From Clostridia bacterium (GTDB taxonomy: Bacteria > Bacillota > Clostridia > Christensenellales > Borkfalkiaceae), in the NCBI GenBank assembly GCA_017536305.1, contig JAFXHR010000020.1:5088-69087 (forward strand): a stretch of 64,000 nucleotides of DNA, given 5' to 3'. Below are positions 10,034 to 19,696 of this stretch, piece after piece. A program made the translations under genes and the position numbers. The notes under the pieces are model-generated. The model was not told the DNA's origin and made no database searches. It was given only the letters and a program-made list of their open reading frames with translations. Numbering within the stretch: position 1 is the first letter of the stretch; every line of letters starts with the position of its first letter.

Positions 10034-11272
10034 ATGAAAATAGCAGTAGCGGGAACAGGTTACGTAGGTCTTTCTATGGCGGTGCTTTTATCGCAAAACC
10101 ATACGGTTACGGCGGTGGATATTATACCTGAAAAGGTGGATATGATTAACGCGCGTAAATCGCCTATTCAGGATAAGGAAATCGAAGAATATTTGGCGAC
10201 GAAAAAGCTGGATTTGACGGCAACCTTAGACGCTGAAAAGGCGTATAAGGACGCGGAATTTGTGGTAATCGCCGCGCCTACCAACTACGACAGCGAAAAG
10301 AATTTTTTCGATACGTCCGCGGTAGAAAAGGTAATCAGCTTAGTCATGCAATATAATCCCAACGCGATTATGGTCATTAAATCGACCATACCCGTAGGGT
10401 ATACGCAGTCCATTCGGGAAAAGACGGGCAGTAAAAATATTTTGTTCAGCCCCGAATTTTTGCGTGAAAGCAAGGCACTTTACGATAAATTATACCCCTC
10501 GCGAATAGTGGTGGGAACGGATATCAACGACGAACGCCTTTGTAAGTGCGCGCATACCTTTGCAGGTCTTTTACAAGAAGGCGCGATTAAGGAAAACGTG
10601 CCTACCCTGTTTATGGGCTTTACCGAGGCGGAAGCGGTAAAACTGTTTGCCAACACCTATCTTGCGCTTCGCGTTTCCTATTTCAACGAGCTGGATACCT
10701 ACGCGGAAATGAAAGGCTTAGACACAATGCAAATTATCAACGGCGTTTGCTTAGACCCCAGAATCGGCAGTCATTATAACAACCCTTCGTTTGGGTACGG
10801 CGGGTATTGCTTGCCTAAGGATACCAAGCAACTGCTGGCAAACTATAAAGACGTGCCCGAAAACTTAATCGAGGCTATCGTGCAGTCCAACCGCACGAGA
10901 AAGGACTTTATCGCGGACAGAGTACTTAAAAAAGCAGGCTACTACGCGTACGCGCAGGGTAGCGAATATGACGCGCAAAAGGAAAAAGCGGTTACGGTGG
11001 GCGTGTTCCGTTTGACCATGAAATCGAATTCGGACAATTTCCGTCAAAGCTCCATTCAAGGGGTTATGAAACGGGTAAAAGCCAAGGGCGCGAAAGTGAT
11101 TATTTACGAACCGACGCTTGCAGGCGGAGAAACCTTTTTCGGTAGCGAAATCGTGAATGACTTGGAAGAATTTAAGTCGCGCGCAGACGTGATTATCGCT
11201 AATCGCTACGATAGCGTTTTAGAAGACGTTATGCAAAAGGTATACACGAGAGATTTATATTTCAGAGATTAA
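10034..11272 (+). CDS. ugd: UDP-glucose 6-dehydrogenase family protein
   Basis: [14 protein letters not shown] (Rossmann fold) and the catalytic [14 protein letters not shown] motif. Confidence 0.8.
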   Translation: MKIAVAGTGYVGLSMAVLLSQNHTVTAVDIIPEKVDMINARKSPIQDKEIEEYLATKKLDLTATLDAEKAYKDAEFVVIAAPTNYDSEKNFFDTSAVEKVISLVMQYNPNAIMVIKSTIPVGYTQSIREKTGSKNILFSPEFLRESKALYDKLYPSRIVVGTDINDERLCKCAHTFAGLLQEGAIKENVPTLFMGFTEAEAVKLFANTYLALRVSYFNELDTYAEMKGLDTMQIINGVCLDPRIGSHYNNPSFGYGGYCLPKDTKQLLANYKDVPENLIEAIVQSNRTRKDFIADRVLKKAGYYAYAQGSEYDAQKEKAVTVGVFRLTMKSNSDNFRQSSIQGVMKRVKAKGAKVIIYEPTLAGGETFFGSEIVNDLEEFKSRADVIIANRYDSVLEDVMQKVYTRDLYFRD

Positions 11273-11284
11273 AGGTAGAAAAGT

Positions 11285-12475
11285 ATGATAAACGAAAAAA
11301 TGTACGAGCTTGGCAGTAAGCGTTCCACGATACGGGAAATTTTTGAATACGCGAAAGTCCGCGCGAGCGAAATCGGTGCGGAAAACGTGTTCGATTTTTC
11401 TATCGGTAACCCGTCCGTGCCTGCGCCGAAACAGGTAAACGAAAGTATTTGTCGGATAGTAAACGAAATGCCGTCCGTGCTCTTGCACGGGTACACCTCC
11501 GCGCAAGGGGATAAGCAGGTACGAGATGAAATCGCAAAAAACTATTCCAAACGCTTTGGTGTAGCGCTTTCGGGCGACGATTTATATATGACCTGCGGTG
11601 CCGCGGCGTCCTTGACCATTACCTGTAAAGCGCTTGTAGAGGGTGGCGACGAAATTATCGTGTTTGCTCCCTTCTTCCCCGAATACCGTGTATTCGTTGA
11701 AAATACGGGCGCAAAGCTCGTCGTGTTACCGTCGGACGAAAGGACGATGCTCCCCGACTTTAACGCGCTTAAAAACGCGCTCAATCCGCGCGTGAAAGGG
11801 GTAATTATTAACTCGCCGAACAATCCGTCGGGGGTTGTGTACGACGAAAAGACCATTCAAACGCTTTGCGGGATTTTACAGGAAAGCTCCGATAAGTTCG
11901 GCGCGCCTATTTATCTTATTTCCGACGAGCCGTATCGCGAGCTCGTGTACGACAAAAATACGATAGTACCGTGCGTAATGCGTTACTACGCGCATACAAT
12001 TGTGTGCTATTCCTATTCCAAATCGTTATCTCTCCCTGGGGAGCGCGTGGGCTATATCGCGGTCAATCCAAGTATGCCGGAAAACCGCGCGGTATACGCG
12101 TCGGTATGCGGTGCGGGTCGTGCGCTGGGCTTTGTATGCGCGCCCGCGCTCTTTCAAAGAGTAGTGGCGGAGTGCGACGGCTTAACGGGGGATTTGGAAA
12201 CGTATAAACGCAACCGCGACTTGCTTTATAACGGACTGACGAAAAGCGGATTTACCTGCATTTATCCCGACGGCGCGTTCTATTTATTCGTGAAAGCGCC
12301 CGAAACGGATGCCAAAGCGTTTTGTGAGCGGGCGAAAAAATACGAACTACTGCTCGTCAACGGCGCGGACTTTGGTTATAACGGTTGGGTGCGCGTAGCC
12401 TACTGTGTAAAGACGGAAACGATTGAGCGAGCTCTTCCGTTGTTTGAAAAGCTGGCAAAGGAATACGGACTGTAA
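11285..12475 (+). CDS. PLP-dependent aminotransferase, class I/II (AspC-like)
   Basis: 396 aa. NSPNNPSG and YSYSKSLSLPGERVGY (PLP lysine) motifs. Confidence 0.8.
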   Translation: MINEKMYELGSKRSTIREIFEYAKVRASEIGAENVFDFSIGNPSVPAPKQVNESICRIVNEMPSVLLHGYTSAQGDKQVRDEIAKNYSKRFGVALSGDDLYMTCGAAASLTITCKALVEGGDEIIVFAPFFPEYRVFVENTGAKLVVLPSDERTMLPDFNALKNALNPRVKGVIINSPNNPSGVVYDEKTIQTLCGILQESSDKFGAPIYLISDEPYRELVYDKNTIVPCVMRYYAHTIVCYSYSKSLSLPGERVGYIAVNPSMPENRAVYASVCGAGRALGFVCAPALFQRVVAECDGLTGDLETYKRNRDLLYNGLTKSGFTCIYPDGAFYLFVKAPETDAKAFCERAKKYELLLVNGADFGYNGWVRVAYCVKTETIERALPLFEKLAKEYGL

Positions 12476-12485
12476 TAAATGAAAT

Positions 12486-12525
12486 AAAAATCGCGGAATA
12501 CCAAGCGGTATTCCGCGATTTTTTA
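12486..12525. terminator. Bidirectional rho-independent terminator between aminotransferase and cca
   Basis: ATCGCGGAATACC-AAGC-GGTATTCCGCGAT stem-loop flanked by an A-run and a T-run. Confidence 0.8.
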
Positions 12526-13872
12526 ATGCATTGTAACGGCAAGCCGAAGTAGTTTCTCTTTTTCATTGTCGCGTGGATTGACCACGGCGTGGAGTAATAA
12601 TTGATGCAAAATTTCCCCGATTTTACAGGGCTCGATACCGAGCGTTTGTAATTCTTTTCCGTTTACGGCAAGCTCTTTTACCGTCAACGGTGCGCGCTCG
12701 TTTTTTATTTTTTGCAACAACGCTCTCCATTTTTTTACGGTAGGGGCGATAGACAAATCGTCCGTGCAGGCGAAAAAATCCGCTTGCTTGATGAGAAGTA
12801 AATCGTCTAAAATTACATAGTGCGTGGCAAAAAACCGCCTAAGCTTATTTTCGCTCGTTTGACAGTTGAAATCGTACATGTGCCAAAGCACCAAGCTTTC
12901 TACGCTTTGGATTAGCTTTTTGGGAGCTTTCAAACGCGTTAAAATTTCTCTTGCAATCGGAGCGCCTTCCTTGGGGTGCTCGTGCGAATTTCCGTCGCGA
13001 AGACGGCAAAAGGGCTTGCCGATATCGTGCAAAAGACAGGCAAAGCGTACCCGTTCTTCTGCGTATAATACCGCGCGGAGAGAATGTTCTAAAACGTCGT
13101 ATTTATGAAAATCCGCCCGTTGCATCATATCCCGTCCAAGGGTTAGCTCGGGTAAAATTTCGTCCAAAACACCCGTCGAAGAAAGCAGTCGCAAACCCAA
13201 ATAAGCTCCGTTTTCCACACCGTATTTTTTATCGGCGTAAAGAATGGCTCTCAGCTCGGCGAATACGCGTTCAGGCGTGATGTCGTTAATGAGCTTAGCA
13301 TTTTCACGCGCGCCCAAAAGACAATCGGTATCGGGAGTAAAGCCAAGCTCCGCGCCAAAGCGCGCCAAGCGCATGAGCCGAAGTCCGTCCTCGCCGAACA
13401 CCTTTTTAGCCGGTGCAACGGTGGTCAAGCGTTTTTCTAAAATAGCGGGAATGCCGTTCAAGGGGTCGACGAATTGACGCGCTTGAATATCGTAATACAC
13501 GGCGTTTGCGGTAAAATCGCGCCGTCTTGCGTCCAAGGTAATATCGTCGGTAAAACAAATTTCGACGGGGGTATGTACGCCCCGAACGTATTTATCCGAG
13601 CGAAAACGGGAGTATTCATACTCCACGCCGTCCATATCTTGCAATTTGACCGTTCCCGTGTTTTTATAGACGGATTTGATTAAAAAACCATGCGCCTTTG
13701 CAATCTCCGTAAAATTTTCCACGGGGATAGTGGAACAAATATCCCAGTCGTATTTACCCGTTTTTCGCGTATAACCACCGAGAAAATCGCGCACGCTACC
13801 GCCCACGACGTAAACGGGCGCGGGACAGGCAATAGCCAGCGTATGCAAAAAACGGGGAATAATACGGTCCAT
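12523..13872 (-). CDS. cca: CCA-adding tRNA nucleotidyltransferase with HD domain
   Basis: VGGSVRDFLGG and RRDFT polymerase-beta motifs, plus C-terminal LLHDIGKP (HD). Confidence 0.85.
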   Translation of the reverse strand: MDRIIPRFLHTLAIACPAPVYVVGGSVRDFLGGYTRKTGKYDWDICSTIPVENFTEIAKAHGFLIKSVYKNTGTVKLQDMDGVEYEYSRFRSDKYVRGVHTPVEICFTDDITLDARRRDFTANAVYYDIQARQFVDPLNGIPAILEKRLTTVAPAKKVFGEDGLRLMRLARFGAELGFTPDTDCLLGARENAKLINDITPERVFAELRAILYADKKYGVENGAYLGLRLLSSTGVLDEILPELTLGRDMMQRADFHKYDVLEHSLRAVLYAEERVRFACLLHDIGKPFCRLRDGNSHEHPKEGAPIAREILTRLKAPKKLIQSVESLVLWHMYDFNCQTSENKLRRFFATHYVILDDLLLIKQADFFACTDDLSIAPTVKKWRALLQKIKNERAPLTVKELAVNGKELQTLGIEPCKIGEILHQLLLHAVVNPRDNEKEKLLRLAVTMH

Positions 13873-13971
13873 AAAAAACTCCTAATACGGATATTATAGC
13901 AAATTTAGTCAAAAATAGCAATAGCAAAGCTTGTATTTATAGGAAAATTCCGACGGATAACACCGTTTTTC

Positions 13972-14000
13972 TTGCTTTTGAAAAAAAGGTGTGTTATAAT
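13972..14000 (+). promoter_or_regulatory. Sigma-70-type promoter (TTGCTT-17-TATAAT with TGT extended -10)
   Basis: TTGCTT 13972-13977, 17-nt spacer, TATAAT 13995-14000. About 58 nt upstream of the lipid kinase ATG. Confidence 0.5.
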
Positions 14001-14057
14001 ATACAATAGGATAAAAGGGAAAACGGGTTGAGATTTTCCCAAAAGGAAAAACGGAAG

Positions 14058-14927
14058 ATGAAAAAATACCACATTATTTCCAACCCCGTCGCAGGTAAAA
14101 CCAAATCGCAAAAGAATTTGGAAACGGCACAAGCGGTGCTGTTAGAGCACGGGGCAAGCTTTGAAACGCACTTATCGCAGGGCGTGGGCGACGCAACGAA
14201 AATCGCGCGTAGTTTAACGGAAAACGGCGCGACGGAAATTATTGCGCTGGGTGGCGACGGTACTTTGCACGAAGTTTTGAACGGACTTGCCGACCCCACC
14301 GCTTGTAACTTAGGCTTAATCCCGTCGGGTACGGGGAACGACTTTGCCGAGCATATCGGTCTTGCCTTAGACGCGAAAAAAGCGACACAGCTTATTTTGC
14401 AAAACGAACCGAAGGATACCGACTTTTTGGAAGTGGGCGGACTGCGTTGTATGAACGTCGCGGGCGTTGGGATAGACGTGGACGTTTTAGAGCGTTGTCA
14501 GCGCGGTAAGCTCAAAGGTAAAATCAAATATCTTATGAGCTTAATCCAAAGCCTTTTCAAATTCAAGGGCTGTAAAATTGAAATTCAGTCAGACGAATAT
14601 ACGAAAACGCACAACGCCTTGATTGCCGCGGCGTGTAACGGTTCGCAGTTTGGGGGCGGTATTAAAATTTGTCCGACGGCAAAGGCGGACGATAAAAAGC
14701 TGAATGCGGTTATCGTAGATTTTATCGACGGGAAACTGAAAATTGTCAAAGCGTTTATAAAGCTTATGAAAGGTAAAATCTTGGAATATCCCGCCACCAC
14801 GCATTTTTTATGCGACCGTATGCGTGTCGTGCCCGAAACGCCGTGCACCTTACAACTTGACGGTGAGCTTTATAAAAATATTCCCTTTGACGTGCAAATC
14901 AAAAGCGGTTTGAAATTTTACAGATAA
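14058..14927 (+). CDS. Diacylglycerol/lipid kinase family protein (DagK/YegS-like)
   Basis: MKKYHIISNPVAGK...GGDGTLHEV...GTGNDF motifs. ATG 14058 preferred over TTG 14028, which lies close to the predicted transcription start. Confidence 0.8.
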   Translation: MKKYHIISNPVAGKTKSQKNLETAQAVLLEHGASFETHLSQGVGDATKIARSLTENGATEIIALGGDGTLHEVLNGLADPTACNLGLIPSGTGNDFAEHIGLALDAKKATQLILQNEPKDTDFLEVGGLRCMNVAGVGIDVDVLERCQRGKLKGKIKYLMSLIQSLFKFKGCKIEIQSDEYTKTHNALIAAACNGSQFGGGIKICPTAKADDKKLNAVIVDFIDGKLKIVKAFIKLMKGKILEYPATTHFLCDRMRVVPETPCTLQLDGELYKNIPFDVQIKSGLKFYR

Positions 14928-14980
14928 TAAAAAAGGATAGGGCAGGTACGAAACGAACCTGCTGGAAATGAAAATAGCGT

Positions 14981-16066
14981 ATGACGCTGAACGGTTATAA
15001 AAAGGTACTGAATAAACTGCCCGAGGGGGTATTCGTTTTCGACGATAAACTGCGCGTAAAATTTACGAACGTAGCTTTTCGTCGCGCCTTTTCGGATACC
15101 GCTAAAAAAAGCGGTACGCTTTCTCAAACGCTCGCTTGCGGAGAAACGGGTAAATGCGGTGAGAACGCAAACTGTAATTATTGTGCGTTTTTACGGGTAA
15201 TGCGCTTGGCGATTGCGAAAAAATCAGAGCAAACGGAAACGGTGCATACGAGCGTGAAACGCGCAGGTCATACCGCGCAAATTTCTTTCCGTATCCGTAT
15301 TTTGCCGTTAGATACCACGGGAAAACTGTTTTTAGGCTTGATCGACGGTACGTACCAAGCGGAAATGGAGCGTGAAATGCTTACCGCACAGCGTATGCAA
15401 CAGCGCCTATTGCCTGCGGGAAAAAGCATGGGCGGTATTCCGTACGCGTATATGTATATACCCTGTTTTGGTGTAGGCGGAGATTTGCCCGACGTGTACG
15501 AGCTGGAAAATCAAACGTACGGGGTGCTTGCGGACGTATCGGGAAAAGGTATATCGGCAGGAATGCTTTCGGCGTTCGTAAAGGCGGGGTTTGATAAAAA
15601 GCAACCGGCCTTAGACAAAGCGGTTACCGCGCTCAACGTAAAATTTAACGAATTAAACCAAGACGAGCGTTCGTATATTACGGTCGTGGCGGTGCGGATA
15701 GATAAGGAAGAAAAGCTATTGCGCTACGTTTCGGCGGGGCACAACGCGCCTATTTTATTAAAGAACTCGTTTGGAATTAACGAAATCGAATCGCCTGCGC
15801 CCCCTATCTCCAACTGGCGCGAGGATTTTATCTATCAAGAAAGTATAATGCCCTATGAAAAGGGCGATTTGCTCGTGCTTTTGACGGACGGCGTAACGGA
15901 ATGTAAAAACGCGAAAGGGGAGCTGTTCGGCATAGAGCGCACGGAGAGCGTGCTTTTGCAAAGCCATAGCGCGGAGGACTTTATCGGTAAATTAAAAACG
16001 GCGTTGACGGTATTTAGCGGTGGAAAATTCTCAGACGACATCACCGCGATAGCGTTTGATTTATAA
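14981..16066 (+). CDS. Sensor (PAS-like, 4-Cys) domain fused to PP2C/SpoIIE-type serine phosphatase
   Basis: C-terminal GGDLPDVY...DVSGKGISAGML...LLTDGVTE (SpoIIE/PP2C). N-terminal ~110 aa contain C53-x5-C59-x5-C65-x2-C68. Confidence 0.75.
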   Translation: MTLNGYKKVLNKLPEGVFVFDDKLRVKFTNVAFRRAFSDTAKKSGTLSQTLACGETGKCGENANCNYCAFLRVMRLAIAKKSEQTETVHTSVKRAGHTAQISFRIRILPLDTTGKLFLGLIDGTYQAEMEREMLTAQRMQQRLLPAGKSMGGIPYAYMYIPCFGVGGDLPDVYELENQTYGVLADVSGKGISAGMLSAFVKAGFDKKQPALDKAVTALNVKFNELNQDERSYITVVAVRIDKEEKLLRYVSAGHNAPILLKNSFGINEIESPAPPISNWREDFIYQESIMPYEKGDLLVLLTDGVTECKNAKGELFGIERTESVLLQSHSAEDFIGKLKTALTVFSGGKFSDDITAIAFDL

Positions 16067-16100
16067 AAGATAAAAAACTTAAAAAAGTGTGCAAAAACAG

Positions 16101-16129
16101 TTGACAAAAGCAAAAAAAAATTCTATACT
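16101..16129 (+). promoter_or_regulatory. Consensus sigma-70 promoter for tRNA-Arg
   Basis: TTGACA 16101-16106, 17-nt spacer, TATACT 16124-16129. Confidence 0.6.
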
Positions 16130-16214
16130 ATATAAGCGCTTGACGAAAAGAGCGCAAAAAAGCACTGTTCGTTTCATAGGATAGAGCGACGAGTTGCCCG
16201 TTAATTTGATAGTT

Positions 16215-16291
<77 letters not shown>

Positions 16292-16293
16292 GC

Positions 16294-16323
16294 AAAACAG
16301 CACCCTTTGTGGGTGCTGTTTTG
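16294..16323 (+). terminator. Rho-independent terminator after tRNA-Arg
   Basis: AACAGCACCC-TTTGT-GGGTGCTGTT followed by a T-run. Confidence 0.75.
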
Positions 16324-16426
16324 CTGTGTAAAAAAGGGAAAGACGAAGAACCCCTTGGTTCGCGCGAGCAATCTTTGATTGCGACGCCCTGCGCCTTGTG
16401 CGCAGTAGCTCTTACGGTGCACCAAC

Positions 16427-16457
16427 AAAAGCCCACGGCAATACGCCGTGGGCTTTT
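16427..16457. terminator. Bidirectional terminator (serves the minus-strand permease gene)
   Basis: AAAA-GCCCACGGC-AATAC-GCCGTGGGC-TTTT. Confidence 0.75.
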
Positions 16458-16476
16458 GTTATGTATATTCAAATAA

Positions 16477-17640
16477 TCAAAATAAAATCAAATATTCCGC
16501 CACCGTTAAAACACCCAAAAAGGCAAAGTTGAACGCGGAGAATAAAAGTATGTATTTTCCTGCGCTATGCGGATTTTTGGAAGTGTATTCGCGGAAAGTA
16601 ATCAAGCTCGCAAGCGACGATATGAGCGTACCCACGCCTCCGATATTCACGCCGACGAGAAGTGGTGCAAAGTCGCTTGTAAATTGCGAGAGCAAAATTG
16701 CCGACGGTACGTTGCTAATTACTTGGCAGGAAAGGGTAGCTACAAGTAGCGGGCTTTTTTGCAGGAGCGACGCAAATAACCGTTCTACCGCGGAAATTCT
16801 TGCCATATTGCCGGCGAAGATAAAGAATGCAATGAAGGTCAAAAGTAACCCGTAATCCACCTTTGCAAGCGCTTTTCTGTCCATAATCAGTAGAGCTACG
16901 GGAATGATAACGAGCCCCACTTGATAGGGAATGATGCGGAATACGATAATAATGGAAAGTGCGAATAAAATCCCGTAAACGACCGTTTTGACAACGGGCA
17001 ATTTTATTTCTTCCGTATCAAAGGATAACGGTTCTTTTTTTACGCACAGACAGCACAGGGTAATGAGCGCGATAGAAATGCAAAACGGGGGTAGCATGGT
17101 AGCGACGAACGCGCCCGTAGGGATATGAAATTTGGTGTAAAGATACAAATTTTGCGGATTGCCGAACGGCGTCAACATACCCCCTAAATTCGCCGAAATA
17201 TTTTGCATAATAAAGGTAAACGCCATATATTTTTGCTTGCCCGTAGACGAGAGCACGAAATACCCAAGCGGTAAAAAGGTCAAAAGCGCCATATCGTTGG
17301 CAATGAGCATAGAACCCAAGAAAGTGATATAGACGAGCGCGAGAATACAGGCGCGCGTATTTTTGAAAAGCTGAACGATTTTCCGAGCCAAAACGGTAAA
17401 AAAGCGAATATTTCTGAGCGCGCAAACGACGGCAAGCGTACAAAAAAGACAGGTGAGCGTTTTGAAGTCGAAATAGCTTAGATACGCTTTATCGGGCGGG
17501 ACGATAAAGGCGGTTGTGACCGCCAAACAAACGGCAATACAAAGTACGGCGTTCTTTTTCACAAATCTGCCGATTTTTTCCAAAATAACGCTATGATGAT
17601 GGTGATGAAACGCACCGTGTTTTTTAACCGCCGTAGCCAT
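16477..17640 (-). CDS. Anion permease, ArsB/NhaD (citrate-transporter-like) superfamily
   Basis: 387 aa and about 10 or more hydrophobic helices. N-terminal cytoplasmic tail has a His run (HHHHH). Family call is by overall resemblance only. Confidence 0.55.
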   Translation of the reverse strand: MATAVKKHGAFHHHHHSVILEKIGRFVKKNAVLCIAVCLAVTTAFIVPPDKAYLSYFDFKTLTCLFCTLAVVCALRNIRFFTVLARKIVQLFKNTRACILALVYITFLGSMLIANDMALLTFLPLGYFVLSSTGKQKYMAFTFIMQNISANLGGMLTPFGNPQNLYLYTKFHIPTGAFVATMLPPFCISIALITLCCLCVKKEPLSFDTEEIKLPVVKTVVYGILFALSIIIVFRIIPYQVGLVIIPVALLIMDRKALAKVDYGLLLTFIAFFIFAGNMARISAVERLFASLLQKSPLLVATLSCQVISNVPSAILLSQFTSDFAPLLVGVNIGGVGTLISSLASLITFREYTSKNPHSAGKYILLFSAFNFAFLGVLTVAEYLILF

Positions 17641-17835
17641 AATTTTGCTCCTTTTTCAAATTACCGTATTGCATTATAACACTAAGCGAGAAAAAAAGCT
17701 ATTTATTTTAACGCAAAATAAAAGAAATTTTCCGTTTGCAAAAAAATGTCAAAAAAATCCTGTTTTTTGTTTATTTTAACCATTGTATTTTTATAAACTT
17801 CCCGTTATAATGTAGATATAAACGCAAGGAGAAAA

Positions 17836-19446
17836 GTGCAAGTGGAAAAAGAACGTTTTGGTATTATGATATGCTGTTCAACAAGCGCGGTGATGAAGGT
17901 ATCGCGCGTACAAAAATTGTTGGACGAAATGCAAAAAATGGGGTATAACTATTTAGAATTATGCCTTGACGATATGTATAAAATCGACGACGAGCCGTAC
18001 TTTGGCTATCTTCGCGGTGGATATACGATAGCGGAGCTGAAAGCCATTGACGATTATGCATACGCGCGCGGTATTGAAGTCGTACCCTGTATTCAAACGC
18101 TTGCGCATTTGGATAATTTGGTAAAAAATCCGCCGTACTGGCAAATTGTGGACAACGGCGGTATTTTGCTGATTGACGAGCCGAAGACGTATGACTTTAT
18201 AGAGAAAATGTTCAAGGCACTCAAAGGCTGTTTCCGCAGTAATTTAATCAATATCGGTATGGACGAAGCGCATACCGTAGGTTTGGGGCGATATTTGGAT
18301 AGACACGGGTATACCAACCGCCACGAACTGCTCGTTCGCCACTTAAACAAGGTGGTGGAAATGGCGACGGAATACGGTTTCAAACCACATATGTGGAGCG
18401 ATATGTTTTTCCGCCTTTCCAACCAAGGCGGATATTACGGCGAAGACGTGAAACTGGAGCAATCGGCGATTGATAAAGTACCTAAGGACGTCGCGCTTTG
18501 CTACTGGGATTACGGTGAACACGAAGTCAAGGATGAAATTTACGAAGCTATGTTTTCCGCGCACGAGAAATTTAACCGTGAAATTTGGTTCGCTGGCGGT
18601 GCGTGGTGCTGGAACGGTTTTGCGCCCTTAAACGATTTTTCCTTATATACAATGGAGCCTGCTATGCGCCTTGCTAAAAAACACGGCGTGAAAAATATTA
18701 TGATTACCCTTTGGACGAACGAAGGCAACGAATGTTCGTTTTTCTCGGTATTGCCGTCCCTGTATGCCATTAAACAGTATTACGAAGGCAATCTCGACGA
18801 AGAAAAAATTGCGCAAGGCTTTTATGAAACGTTCGGCGTGAAGTATGAAGATTTTATGCTACTGGATATCCCCAACCGCACGGGTAGGGCGCGCGCGCCG
18901 TTTATCCGCGAAAATCCTTGCAAGAGCTTGCTTTACAACGATTGCTTTTTAGGACTTATGGATTATTCTTTAAGCTTGAACGGGTCTATTCCTTACGGCG
19001 AATATGCCAAAACGCTTGCGAGGACGGCGACGCACCTTGGGGAATACGGTTATTTGGCGGAAAATTTATCCCTGCTTTGCTCCGTCTTGGAAATCAAAGC
19101 GGAGCTGGGTATCAAAACGCGCCAAGCGTATCAATCCAAGGACGAAAATACGCTTGCAAAGCTCGTAGAAGACTACGGAGAATGTGCAAGACGCTTAGAA
19201 GTATTTACCAAGGATTATAAAAAACGCTGGCTATTGGATAATAAACCGTTCGGTTGGGAAATTCAGCAAGCGCGCCTTGGCGGGTTGTATGCACGATTAC
19301 TGGATTGTAAGGAGCGGTTGAACGCTTATTTGCAAGGGGATAAGGACGCAGTGATTGAGTTGGATGAAAAAATCCTGCCCTACGTCGACGAATGGGGCTT
19401 GAATTTCAATTCCTACCGCGCTTTGGTAACGCCGAGTGAATTATAA
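17836..19446 (+). CDS. Glycoside hydrolase family 20-like (beta-N-acetylhexosaminidase-type)
   Basis: TIM-barrel-like N-terminus FGIM..S....V..LLDEM..MGYN.LELCLDD...EP; NIGMDEAH resembles the GH20 D-E catalytic pair. AAGGAG RBS before GTG 17836 (a second in-frame GTG at 17842). Confidence 0.55.
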   Translation: MQVEKERFGIMICCSTSAVMKVSRVQKLLDEMQKMGYNYLELCLDDMYKIDDEPYFGYLRGGYTIAELKAIDDYAYARGIEVVPCIQTLAHLDNLVKNPPYWQIVDNGGILLIDEPKTYDFIEKMFKALKGCFRSNLINIGMDEAHTVGLGRYLDRHGYTNRHELLVRHLNKVVEMATEYGFKPHMWSDMFFRLSNQGGYYGEDVKLEQSAIDKVPKDVALCYWDYGEHEVKDEIYEAMFSAHEKFNREIWFAGGAWCWNGFAPLNDFSLYTMEPAMRLAKKHGVKNIMITLWTNEGNECSFFSVLPSLYAIKQYYEGNLDEEKIAQGFYETFGVKYEDFMLLDIPNRTGRARAPFIRENPCKSLLYNDCFLGLMDYSLSLNGSIPYGEYAKTLARTATHLGEYGYLAENLSLLCSVLEIKAELGIKTRQAYQSKDENTLAKLVEDYGECARRLEVFTKDYKKRWLLDNKPFGWEIQQARLGGLYARLLDCKERLNAYLQGDKDAVIELDEKILPYVDEWGLNFNSYRALVTPSEL

Positions 19447-19455
19447 ATAAAAAAA

Positions 19456-19491
19456 CGACCGAGCCGTTGAGAGGAAACGGCTCGGTTTTTA
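19456..19491. terminator. Bidirectional rho-independent terminator
   Basis: AAAAAA-CGACCGAGCCGTT...AACGGCTCGGT-TTTT between convergent genes. Confidence 0.8.
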
Positions 19492-19516
19492 TATGCCGAA
19501 GATTCGGCGCACGCAA

Positions 19517-19696
19517 TTATCGGTCATCCGTTTGATTACCGTTGCGAGAGGGTAACACTCGGTCGAGGTAATTCGTCGCTACGGTTTGTAGCGACGTGAG
19601 TTTCTTAATCAACCCGAGCGCAAGTTTTTCGACGAGCCCTAAGATAAGCACGTCAAGACCGAGCAGACGCAATACTTTTTTGAACATAGCTTTCAT
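19517..19696 (-). CDS. Small hydrophobic protein (59 aa)
   Basis: AAGGAGA RBS 9 nt upstream of ATG 19696 (MKAMFKKVLRLLGLDVLILGLVEKLALGLIKKL...). One amphipathic/TM helix. The longer 92-aa version lacks an RBS. Confidence 0.4.
   Translation of the reverse strand: MKAMFKKVLRLLGLDVLILGLVEKLALGLIKKLTSLQTVATNYLDRVLPSRNGNQTDDR

Noticed and set aside
16175-16193. A tRNA 5'-half-like sequence (CATAGGATAGAGCGACG) in the tRNA-Arg leader.
   Set aside because: There are only about 17 nt of gapped similarity to the D-arm region of the downstream tRNA. That is too short to distinguish from chance, and no cloverleaf can be drawn.
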